DNA of 64,000 nt from Candidatus Aphodoplasma sp. (lineage in GTDB: Bacteria > Bacillota > Clostridia > UBA1381 > UMGS1253): NCBI GenBank assembly GCA_045592745.1, contig JAZNVH010000009.1, positions 19-64,018 on the forward strand, in the 5' to 3' direction. Under the pieces are notes generated by a model that ran no database searches, was not told the DNA's origin, and saw only the letters and a list, made by a program, of their open reading frames with translations. Below, piece after piece: positions 1 through 8,010 of the stretch. The position numbers and the translations under genes are program-made. Positions within the stretch are counted from its first letter, which is position 1. Each line of letters opens with the position of its first letter.

Positions 1-996
1 ACCGTAGGCTCTCTTGTAGCAGATAAGACATCAAAAGAGTGGGATTTTAGCGGTGTTAAAACAATTAAAATTTATACTCCGCAGACGGTTGAACCCGTAG
101 ATTATACACGTTCGGGTACAAGCCGTTTTGGTACACCTGTTGAGATGGGAGATACGGTTCAGGAGCTTACAATGACACAGGATAAGAGTTACTCAATTAT
201 CATCGATAAAGGTAACAACAACGAGCAGATGCTTGTTAAAAATGCGGGCAAGATGCTTAAGCTTCAGACAAACGAAAAGGTTGTTCCGATGGTGGACAAG
301 TATGCACTTTCGCGTTATTGTGCACTTGCAGGAACTGTTGAGGGTATTGAAAAGCCGACAAAGACTACAATTATAGCTGATATTGGTAATGCGTGCAAGG
401 TGCTTGATGATGCGTGTGTTCCTCAGGAAAACCGTTATTTGTATGTTACAGGCGAGATGTATAGCCTTATTCGTCAGTCAACAGAATTTTTGGGTATTGA
501 ATCGCTTGGCGAAAAAGCTTTGGCAAAAGGGATAGTTGGCGATGTGTTCGGTGCGAAAATCGTTAAAGTTCCTTCAAGCTATTTGCCTGAGGGTGTATAC
601 TTCCTTCTTGCACACAAAGATGCGGTAATACTTCCTTATAAAATCCGTGATGCAAAGGTTCATCAGGACCCACCGGGTATCAGCGGTGCACTCCTTGAAG
701 GAAGAAACAATTACGATGCGTTTGTAATTGGCGCAAGATGTATGGGCGTTTATGCTGCGGTTTCTGCTGAAAGAGTAACACAGACGCCAACAATCAATGT
801 AGATGGATTTGTTGCAACACTTTCAAATAATGATGGTGCAGAGATTTTCTATACAGTTGATGGCACAGACCCGCGTTACAGTGAAAATGCTCAGAAGTAT
901 TCTTCTGCTGTGACACTTGAGGTGGGTCAGGTTATAAAGGCATTTGCAAAGAGTGATGATACATTTGCATCAGCAGTTTGTCAGGCACAGGCGTAA
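1..996 (+). CDS. Phage major capsid protein (N4-gp56/P22-coat-like), 5' partial, with C-terminal Ig/FN3-like (CHB_HEX_C-type) domain
   Basis: Frame 1 is open from base 1 (TVGSLVADK...DYTRSGTSRFGTPVEMGDTVQELTMTQDKSYSIIIDKGN). Capsid-type motifs LDDACVPQENRYLYV, GDVFGAKIV and HQDPPGISGALLEGRNNYDAFV. C-terminal IFYTVDGTDP...IKAFA domain. Confidence 0.8.
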   Translation, partial: TVGSLVADKTSKEWDFSGVKTIKIYTPQTVEPVDYTRSGTSRFGTPVEMGDTVQELTMTQDKSYSIIIDKGNNNEQMLVKNAGKMLKLQTNEKVVPMVDKYALSRYCALAGTVEGIEKPTKTTIIADIGNACKVLDDACVPQENRYLYVTGEMYSLIRQSTEFLGIESLGEKALAKGIVGDVFGAKIVKVPSSYLPEGVYFLLAHKDAVILPYKIRDAKVHQDPPGISGALLEGRNNYDAFVIGARCMGVYAAVSAERVTQTPTINVDGFVATLSNNDGAEIFYTVDGTDPRYSENAQKYSSAVTLEVGQVIKAFAKSDDTFASAVCQAQA

Positions 997-1027
997 TTAT
1001 AAAAGACATATAATTTGAGGCATATAT

Positions 1028-1057
1028 GCGGGGCGGGGAGGTATTTCTTCGTCCCGC
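1028..1057 (+). other. GC-rich stem-loop after the capsid gene, without a U-tract
   Basis: GCGGGGCGGGGAG-GTAT-TTCTTCGTCCCGC pairs (with G-U) and is followed by A-rich rather than T-rich sequence. Confidence 0.55.
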
Positions 1058-1083
1058 AAAACAAATGATTGGGGTGATAATAT

Positions 1084-1452
1084 TTGAAGGCAGCAGAAAT
1101 TTTTTCGCGTGCGCTGGCACTTTTGAATGAAGATGAAAGTCGTGCGAAAAATTTTAAGAAAAATGCGAAAGAGCTTATTAATCAGCTTTTGGCACAATGC
1201 TTTTCTGTAGAAAATTCGTTGCGTAATTCGAAAAATGTAGAGCCGCTTGAGCATCCACAGATAATAGAAACTCTTGAGGATGAAATATGCTATGACGAAA
1301 GCTTTGTATCTGAGTGCATGGCGTACGGACTTGCCTCACTTTTGTGCGCAGATGATGATAAGCCTATGTCAAACGCTATGGGGGCAGAGTTTGACAGACT
1401 TAAAAGAAAGTATAGAGTTGCAGGCTTTGAAGATATAACAAATCATTATTAA
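1084..1452 (+). CDS. Putative head-tail adaptor / tail tubular A-like virion protein
   Basis: 122 aa, TTG start with GGGGTG RBS. Lies between capsid and the large tail protein; helical with ECMAYGLASLL-type motif. Assignment mainly by synteny. Confidence 0.5.
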   Translation: MKAAEIFSRALALLNEDESRAKNFKKNAKELINQLLAQCFSVENSLRNSKNVEPLEHPQIIETLEDEICYDESFVSECMAYGLASLLCADDDKPMSNAMGAEFDRLKRKYRVAGFEDITNHY

Positions 1453-1465
1453 GGAGGGCGGTAGT

Positions 1466-3799
1466 ATGGCGTTAAGATTTGGCTCATCAGTGGCCGAAAA
1501 GATATATACAGCAGACGAATTTGTGGGCGTAGACTTTACAAGTGAGCCGTCAAAGCTCTCACCAAAGCGCTCGCCCGAGGCAAAAAATATGCTCGTAAAC
1601 AAAAACGGATGTGTGGAAAAACGCACAGGATATAGGCGCGTTCTTGAAGCCGAGGGCAATATAAACGGAATTTTTGAATATGTATGCGCTGCCAATTCCA
1701 CTACATATCACTTTGCCCATATTGGCACGAGCCTGTATAGAATAAGCGTTGGCGACGATGGAAGTTTTACGCTTGGCGAGGAGCTGCTTACAGGACTTTA
1801 CGACAAAAAAAGCCGTGCCTTTATGTTTGACAGTGCGCTGTATATAATTGGCGCAAGATATATAAAAATCGGATATGATGATTTTAGCGGATCTTTATGT
1901 TATGGCTTTGTAAATGAGGCAAGTACCGGCAACACAGAGGCGGATGCACCTACAATAATAAGCGGACGCAGTAAAAATCAGTTTGGCGGTGAAAGCTTTG
2001 GATATAATGCAAAATACAGCTATAAAAAGATTGAGTTTGCATACGATTCGTACAATTTTACCGAGCATAACAAAATATACGTCGCAAAGCCTGAGTATGC
2101 AAACAGTGTGCGCGTTGCCTCTTTGTATATGACAGATGAAAATGGATATTTTCGTGTGAACGAAGAAAATTATTTGGTAGGCATCGATGGGAAAGGGCTG
2201 TATATTGAGCTTACTCGAGGTTCGTATCAGGTTTGGCATTATCACGAATGCAGTCCGTATGTTATTGTACAGTATGACAATTTTGTGTATGTGCCTACTG
2301 TTGTTATAAACAGAATACCTTTGGCAGCAGCACACTTGAGCGGTTGGCATGTTGATGCCAATGGTAATCGCATAACAGATTGTAACGGATATACAGGCGA
2401 AGTTTTGGAAGCGGTTAATCTTGCATCGAGGCTTAGAAAAATAGAATTTTCTTCAGATATTCCATACGGAGCGGGAGAGGCCTATCGTTTTTTTACCGGA
2501 GAAAAAAGCCATGTAACACGTATATGGATTGATGGGGTGCTCCTTCAAAAATATCGGGATATGGCTAATGAAGATGTTGTATGGGCCCTTGATGACTGGG
2601 TCGCTTTAAACAAAAACCAAGAACTTATTGGCAAGTTTATAGAAGCGGGAACAAGTGTATGTGTCGAATATGTAGCGAATGGTGATTGCGACATAATAGA
2701 CAACTGTGATATATACGCTCTTTATGGTGGTTCTGTGGATACGCGTGTATTTGTAAGCGGTAACAAAAAATATCCTTCGCGCGATTTTGCGAGTGGACTG
2801 TTTGATGCGACATATTTTTCAGACCTTGGTTATACCGATGTGGGGGCAGAGGAGTCGGCTATAATAGGTTATCACAAGCTTTACGGCAATTTAATTATTA
2901 TAAAAGACGGTATGGGCAAAGACAGCGCACAGTACCTTCGTACGTTTTCGCTTACAAACGACGAAAATGGAAACGCTACGGCACTTTTTACAGTTAAACA
3001 GGGTAATATATCGTATGGCGCAGTAAATCCAAGTTCGTTTAAGAGTATAGGCGGTGTACCGCTGTATCTTGGACGTGAAGGCGTATTTGCAATAAGTGGC
3101 ACAAACGTTGAAAATCAAAATAACACCACATGTGTGTCACAGCTTGTAAACGGCAGACTTTTAAAACACCAAAGCCTTGAAAATGCTGTGTGTGCGAGCA
3201 TGGGAAAAAGATATTATGTTTTTGTTGATAACTGTGCGTATGTATGCGATGCAGAAAGCGGATTTGAGTGGTTTTATTTTGACGCTCTTCCAAAGGTAAG
3301 ATGTGTGTGGGTAAGAGATAACACAATGTATTTCGGCTCTGATGACGGAGTAATATATCGTTTTATGGCAGAAGATGAGCCTTTGGCGTATTATGATAAT
3401 GTGGCGGTAGACGGCTCTTTGGACAATGCACATGCAATTGAGGCTGTATGGGAAATGAGCGCGACAACACTTGGCGAATATGCAAGCTACAAAACAGTGC
3501 GTAACTGCTACATCACTTGCATGCCGCACAAGCGAAGCAGCGTAAAGGTATACTATAATACGAACGAGGATTATCATGACTGGGTAATGGGAGAAAATAT
3601 AGATTTATTTACGTTTGAAGATGTGGATTTTAATCGCTTTACATTTCGCAGCATACAGGCTCCGTTTGTGTTTTCTACGGGTGTTAAGGCAAAAAATGTA
3701 TATGTTTTTGGTTTAAGGCTTGTAAATGATGTGCCGGGTGAGCCGTTTGGGTTTTTAGCGGTAGCAGTTAAGTATCGCAACGGAAAATATGTAAAATAA
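1466..3799 (+). CDS. Podovirus-type tail tubular B / packaged-DNA stabilisation (nozzle) protein
   Basis: 777 aa, beta-rich. N-terminal FVGVDF...SPKRSPEAKNM...VEKRTGY and internal TRVFVSGN...ATYFSD motifs typical of P22 gp10/T7 gp12-like proteins of Firmicutes prophages; GGAGG RBS. Confidence 0.65.
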   Translation: MALRFGSSVAEKIYTADEFVGVDFTSEPSKLSPKRSPEAKNMLVNKNGCVEKRTGYRRVLEAEGNINGIFEYVCAANSTTYHFAHIGTSLYRISVGDDGSFTLGEELLTGLYDKKSRAFMFDSALYIIGARYIKIGYDDFSGSLCYGFVNEASTGNTEADAPTIISGRSKNQFGGESFGYNAKYSYKKIEFAYDSYNFTEHNKIYVAKPEYANSVRVASLYMTDENGYFRVNEENYLVGIDGKGLYIELTRGSYQVWHYHECSPYVIVQYDNFVYVPTVVINRIPLAAAHLSGWHVDANGNRITDCNGYTGEVLEAVNLASRLRKIEFSSDIPYGAGEAYRFFTGEKSHVTRIWIDGVLLQKYRDMANEDVVWALDDWVALNKNQELIGKFIEAGTSVCVEYVANGDCDIIDNCDIYALYGGSVDTRVFVSGNKKYPSRDFASGLFDATYFSDLGYTDVGAEESAIIGYHKLYGNLIIIKDGMGKDSAQYLRTFSLTNDENGNATALFTVKQGNISYGAVNPSSFKSIGGVPLYLGREGVFAISGTNVENQNNTTCVSQLVNGRLLKHQSLENAVCASMGKRYYVFVDNCAYVCDAESGFEWFYFDALPKVRCVWVRDNTMYFGSDDGVIYRFMAEDEPLAYYDNVAVDGSLDNAHAIEAVWEMSATTLGEYASYKTVRNCYITCMPHKRSSVKVYYNTNEDYHDWVMGENIDLFTFEDVDFNRFTFRSIQAPFVFSTGVKAKNVYVFGLRLVNDVPGEPFGFLAVAVKYRNGKYVK

Positions 3800-3813
3800 A
3801 GGAGGATATTTGT

Positions 3814-4500
3814 ATGGGATTGTCTGATTATAAAATAAATGGCTTTTCAAAGCCAGTAAGTGCACTTGATGATACGCCGCAAATGAGTGCGGCAGAGCTT
3901 AAGGAATGGTTTGATTCAAACTCTACAAAAGAGATTAAGAAAAGTATTAACGGGATTATTGATGAGCTTGAGGATGTTGATGTATCAAAATTTGATAAAA
4001 CAAAACAACATACTCATGACAACAAGGCTACACTTGATAACATAGACGAAGAGATAAGCGGTATTTCACAAAAAATTATTTCTCTTGCGACGAAAACCGA
4101 ATTACAAGACAATATTGACTTTGAGCACAATTACTCAGCAAACACCTATGCGACAAAGGAAGAGGTTAACTCTTCAAACGGGGAATTTAACGGAAAAATT
4201 AACGAGGTCAAAAACACTTTAAGTGATATTGAAACCGTACTTGATAACATTATTGAGTCAAAGGGTGCGCTTTATTTTTATTTAGAAGGTAAACAATATA
4301 ATGTACTAAAATGTACTTGGGGCGATTTTGTAAACAGCGAATATAATGACGGAACTTTTGTGGTGTTAGAAGAAAATGGAATGTCGTTTGTTTGTGTTGA
4401 TGGTGAAAAAGTGTGCGATATGATGAGTACAACTGTACGTTTAACCGACGAGATTATAAAGGGTTACAACTATATTCTTGTGGACACAGAGGTAATGTAA
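3814..4500 (+). CDS. Putative tail fibre/appendage protein
   Basis: N-terminal VSALDDTPQMSAAELKEWFD segment, HTHDNK fibre-like motif, coiled-coil middle; AAGGAGG RBS. Confidence 0.45.
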   Translation: MGLSDYKINGFSKPVSALDDTPQMSAAELKEWFDSNSTKEIKKSINGIIDELEDVDVSKFDKTKQHTHDNKATLDNIDEEISGISQKIISLATKTELQDNIDFEHNYSANTYATKEEVNSSNGEFNGKINEVKNTLSDIETVLDNIIESKGALYFYLEGKQYNVLKCTWGDFVNSEYNDGTFVVLEENGMSFVCVDGEKVCDMMSTTVRLTDEIIKGYNYILVDTEVM

Positions 4501-4518
4501 AATAAAGGGGGTTAATGT

Positions 4519-5064
4519 ATGAATATAGCAAATAAAATTGCTGTAATAAACGATATTTATGACACGGAATTACGTGCAATACAGAAATCTGTACAATGGA
4601 AAACCTTAATAGATACAACTTTGACAGAAGAACAAAGCGGAGCTGCAGCGCTTAAATTGGAAATAACAGAAGATATTTCGCAAATGAAAGAATTTAAGCT
4701 TTATATTGAATATCCTATTACGGAAGAAAATGCGGGCGTATCTGTATATCTTAATGCTCATATAAATGGTTCACCATCTGGAAATAACTGTTTTTTTAGT
4801 ACACATACAACCAATAAAGGCGCCGCAGGCAGCACTTATACTGCTATGAGTTACTCGACAGTAATTGATATGTTGGATGCAAAAGAGATTGTTAGTTTTC
4901 ATACACCTATTGCTGGAAAAAATATAGTTGGAACTAACGCACGAACTAACGCAATTTCCACACGTTCGCATTGGATAATTCCGCAAGATGAAAGTTTATA
5001 TTTGAACGTAAATACAACAGCTACGTTTTTAGCTGGTACAAGAGTGTATATGGAGGGTAGATAA
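4519..5064 (+). CDS. Hypothetical phage protein (possible receptor-binding/fibre tip domain)
   Basis: 181 aa beta-rich ORF with RBS, in the fibre region. Confidence 0.4.
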   Translation: MNIANKIAVINDIYDTELRAIQKSVQWKTLIDTTLTEEQSGAAALKLEITEDISQMKEFKLYIEYPITEENAGVSVYLNAHINGSPSGNNCFFSTHTTNKGAAGSTYTAMSYSTVIDMLDAKEIVSFHTPIAGKNIVGTNARTNAISTRSHWIIPQDESLYLNVNTTATFLAGTRVYMEGR

Positions 5065-5066
5065 TT

Positions 5067-5297
5067 ATGAAACAATTAATAATTGATAAAGATAACCCAA
5101 ACGGCAAAATTGTAGAAGTAGAGCGTGAGGTTGTTGTTGCTCCGTATAAGGACAGAATAATACATCGTATTCGAGAGGTTTATTCAGTAGATGATGAGCT
5201 TGCGATTCTTAGACAGAGAGAAACTAAACCAGAGGAATTTGCCGAATATAATGGCTTTGTAGAAAAAATTAAGGCAGAGGAAAGAGTGAGTTTATGA
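5067..5297 (+). CDS. Small phage protein (possible fibre assembly chaperone)
   Basis: IREVYSVDDELAILRQ...EEFAEYN motif of small prophage proteins; GGAGG RBS; stop overlaps the amidase start. Confidence 0.5.
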   Translation: MKQLIIDKDNPNGKIVEVEREVVVAPYKDRIIHRIREVYSVDDELAILRQRETKPEEFAEYNGFVEKIKAEERVSL

Positions 5298-6136
5298 TTA
5301 TTAATAAAGACTATCCTTGCAAAAGCACAAACTACAGAAAAGGCAGACGCGACAGCATAAAATACATTGTAATTCACTATGTCGGTGCTACGGGCAGTGC
5401 GCTTAATAACGTTAAATACTACGCCTTATCAGATGTCGGTGCGAGTGCGCATTATTATGTCGGACACGCAAGTGAAGAAGGGGCGATATATCAAAGTGTT
5501 GCGCCCGAAAACTGCGCGTGGCACTGTGGCAGCGAAACAGGGGTATACTACCATCCTTGCAGAAATGACTCGTCGATTGGTATTGAGATGTGCTGCCACA
5601 AATCAAGTGACGGAACGTGGTATTTTGATGATATTACTGTCGAAAAGACAATTGAGTTTACAAAGTGGCTTATGAGTGAGTATAACATCCCCGCAGAAAA
5701 TGTAATCCGTCATTATGATGTTACACACAAAACGTGCCCTGCGCCGTTTGTTCTTGATAAGGGGATGTGGAATGTTTTTAAAAGCAGGCTTGCAGAGGTG
5801 AGAGAGTATACGGATATAAATGATATAGTTTGGGAACTTGGACATCGTGGTATTGTTGGTGATACCAAAGGGATGAAAACCGAAATGGAAGCTAAGCCTG
5901 ATGGAAGATTATATTGGCTTGCACGCAAAATGCTGCATTATATACGTACACATGAGGGGGAAGTTCGTCGCAACATAAAAGAGTACGAAGATGTGCACGA
6001 TATAGTTTGGGATCTTAGTTATCGCTCTATTGTAAGTGATGCCGATGGTATGAAGGAAGAAATGAGAAATAATCCTGATTCAAGGCTGTATTGGCTTGCT
6101 CGCAAGGGACTTACATATATTCGCTTGCGTGATTAG
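5294..6136 (+). CDS. N-acetylmuramoyl-L-alanine amidase (Amidase_2) endolysin with two C-terminal repeats
   Basis: YIVIHY, ASAHYYV, AWHCG, NDSSIGIEMC and VIRHYDVTHKTCPAPF Zn-amidase motifs. Confidence 0.9.
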   Translation: MIINKDYPCKSTNYRKGRRDSIKYIVIHYVGATGSALNNVKYYALSDVGASAHYYVGHASEEGAIYQSVAPENCAWHCGSETGVYYHPCRNDSSIGIEMCCHKSSDGTWYFDDITVEKTIEFTKWLMSEYNIPAENVIRHYDVTHKTCPAPFVLDKGMWNVFKSRLAEVREYTDINDIVWELGHRGIVGDTKGMKTEMEAKPDGRLYWLARKMLHYIRTHEGEVRRNIKEYEDVHDIVWDLSYRSIVSDADGMKEEMRNNPDSRLYWLARKGLTYIRLRD

Positions 6137-6172
6137 TTCGAAAAACAAAAGCAGTTAATAAACAAAAGAAAG

Positions 6173-7339
6173 GTGAAGGTGAATATGGACTACTATTACG
6201 ATTATGACAAAAATGACATTGCAAAATCGATACAACAAGCTATGGACGATTATGCAAGCCCTGAGGTTGTAAAATATCTTTTGAATGAACGTAATAAAAA
6301 GATTGATTTGGACCTTCAATATGAGAAATACAGAAATGACAATGTGACAAAAAGTGCTGAGGAATACATAAAAAGATATGCGGGTACGTTTGATGAGGAT
6401 ATTGATACTTTGAATCAGGCCAGAGGCGATGCTGCGGCAGAAAGACTCAAAGAGGCGAGTGAAAGAAATCTTGAAACTTATCAAGCGGGGATTCTGGCAA
6501 ACAATCAGGCATATGAAGATGCAAGAAAGGGCGTATATTCGGCTTACAGACGCAGTGCGTTTGGAAATGAAGAGGTGCTTGCAGCAAATGGTCTTGGGCG
6601 TGGTATATCGAATGCCCCTTCAAGTGGTTTTGGGGAAACAAGCCGTATGGCGCAAAATATGGCATATCAAAATGACATTTATAACCTATATAAAAGTCAA
6701 AATGATGCGCAAAATGCGCTTACAAGTGAATATATGCAGGGTGAGCGCGACGCGCTTAAAGAGTATAATGATACGCTTTCAAAGATTGCAGATGAGCGTA
6801 TAGAGCAGGCAAAAGAAGGCCACGAATACCGTCGTGAGCTTGACAAGGACAGAATTGCTGAGGCGCAGCTTGTATCAAAAACCAGGACAGAGGATTATTC
6901 AAATGCACTTGATCTGTTTAAGATGACTGGTATAGTTCAAAATGAGGAGCAGGCGCAAATACTTGGTGTGCCTGTGGGCACAACTACAGCGCAGGAGGAA
7001 CAACGTGCCTTTGAAAATGTTCTTGCCAAAAAAGAATTTGAAAATGAGCAGGCGCGTGATTTGTTTGAACATGCTTATGAACTGTTTAAGGCAGCAGGCA
7101 GTGTAGTAAGTGAACAAATGGCACAGATACTCGGCATTCCCGTTGGAACTAAGTATTGGGAGTATGTTATCGCTTCTAAAAATGCAGCTTCATCTGCATC
7201 GAGAGCGGCGGCATCTTCATTAACTGCGCAGACAAATGCAGATATAAAGTGGCTGAATTATGAAATTGATAAGCAAAATGCCGATACAAAAAAGTATGAA
7301 GCTGAAACGGACAGAATGAAACTTATGGGCGATTATTAA
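6173..7339 (+). CDS. Helical virion-associated protein, possible internal/ejection protein (true start may be 6179 or 6185)
   Basis: Ala/Gln/Glu-rich helical protein with LAANGLGRG...SSGFGETSR motif and two AQILG[VI]PVGT repeats. Confidence 0.45.
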   Translation: MKVNMDYYYDYDKNDIAKSIQQAMDDYASPEVVKYLLNERNKKIDLDLQYEKYRNDNVTKSAEEYIKRYAGTFDEDIDTLNQARGDAAAERLKEASERNLETYQAGILANNQAYEDARKGVYSAYRRSAFGNEEVLAANGLGRGISNAPSSGFGETSRMAQNMAYQNDIYNLYKSQNDAQNALTSEYMQGERDALKEYNDTLSKIADERIEQAKEGHEYRRELDKDRIAEAQLVSKTRTEDYSNALDLFKMTGIVQNEEQAQILGVPVGTTTAQEEQRAFENVLAKKEFENEQARDLFEHAYELFKAAGSVVSEQMAQILGIPVGTKYWEYVIASKNAASSASRAAASSLTAQTNADIKWLNYEIDKQNADTKKYEAETDRMKLMGDY

Positions 7340-7397
7340 TTTGTTGATGTGTGTGAGGCCGTAAACAGCGCACATATCGTTTTACGGGGGGATAAAA

Positions 7398-7760
7398 ATG
7401 GAACAACTTACGGGACTTTTTGAGGGTTTTAGCGTAAACACAAATCTGTTGTGGTATGCACTGGGGATTTTAATGGTGTGCGATTTGGTGACGGGACTTG
7501 CCAAAGCATACAAAAAAGAAGGGCAGGTGTCAAGCTCAAAACTGCGTGACGGCGGTTTTAAAAAATGCGCTATGATAGCGGTATCGCTTTTGGGCGCTGG
7601 AATAAGCAAGCTGTTTGGCGATAATAATTTTATGATAGCAAATGGCGTGGTGGCGTATTATGTTTATACTGAGCTTGTATCCATAATTGAAAACCTGATT
7701 GTGCTTGAAGTTCCGCTTCCTCCGGTGATTCAAAAAATTGTCGGAGAGAAAAAAGCATAG
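7398..7760 (+). CDS. Phage holin (Phage_holin_4 / TcdE-like family)
   Basis: DLVTGLAKA...SSSKLRDGGFKK...ELVSIIENL...VPLP motifs; hydrophobic segments. Confidence 0.85.
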   Translation: MEQLTGLFEGFSVNTNLLWYALGILMVCDLVTGLAKAYKKEGQVSSSKLRDGGFKKCAMIAVSLLGAGISKLFGDNNFMIANGVVAYYVYTELVSIIENLIVLEVPLPPVIQKIVGEKKA

Positions 7761-7792
7761 TTGCACAAATATAATAAATTATAAAATAAATG

Positions 7793-7833
7793 ACGGAGAA
7801 AAACCTTGTTTTATAGGCTTTTCTCCGTTTTTT
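7793..7833 (+). terminator. Intrinsic terminator closing the phage-like module
   Basis: ACGGAGAAAA...TTTTCTCCGT stem followed by TTTTT. Confidence 0.8.
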
Positions 7834-7873
7834 ACAGTTATAACAAAATAATTCAAAAAAAATAAAAAAAATT

Positions 7874-7902
7874 TTGCATTTTCGATTAAATAATGTTATA
7901 AT
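7874..7902 (+). promoter_or_regulatory. SigA-type promoter for murA
   Basis: TTGCAT-17 bp-TATAAT with TGn extension. Confidence 0.65.
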
Positions 7903-8010
7903 AAATTATAACTGTGTTTTTTTGCATTTTTTTGCTTTTAAACATAAGTTTTACAGAAATAGAAATTCGGGATTTATATACATTTTTTGAAAAATGAGGG
8001 GTGAATATGC

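Noticed and set aside
1-996. Encapsulin nanocompartment
   Set aside because: Followed by adaptor, tail, amidase and holin genes, so it is a virion module; no encapsulin cargo seen.
1026-1130. Small ORF starting after the capsid gene
   Set aside because: 34 codons running through the hairpin and overlapping the adaptor gene out of frame; no recognisable features.
3814-7339. Diversity-generating retroelement or invertible fibre cassette
   Set aside because: No reverse transcriptase, invertase or adenine-variant template/variable repeat pair visible.
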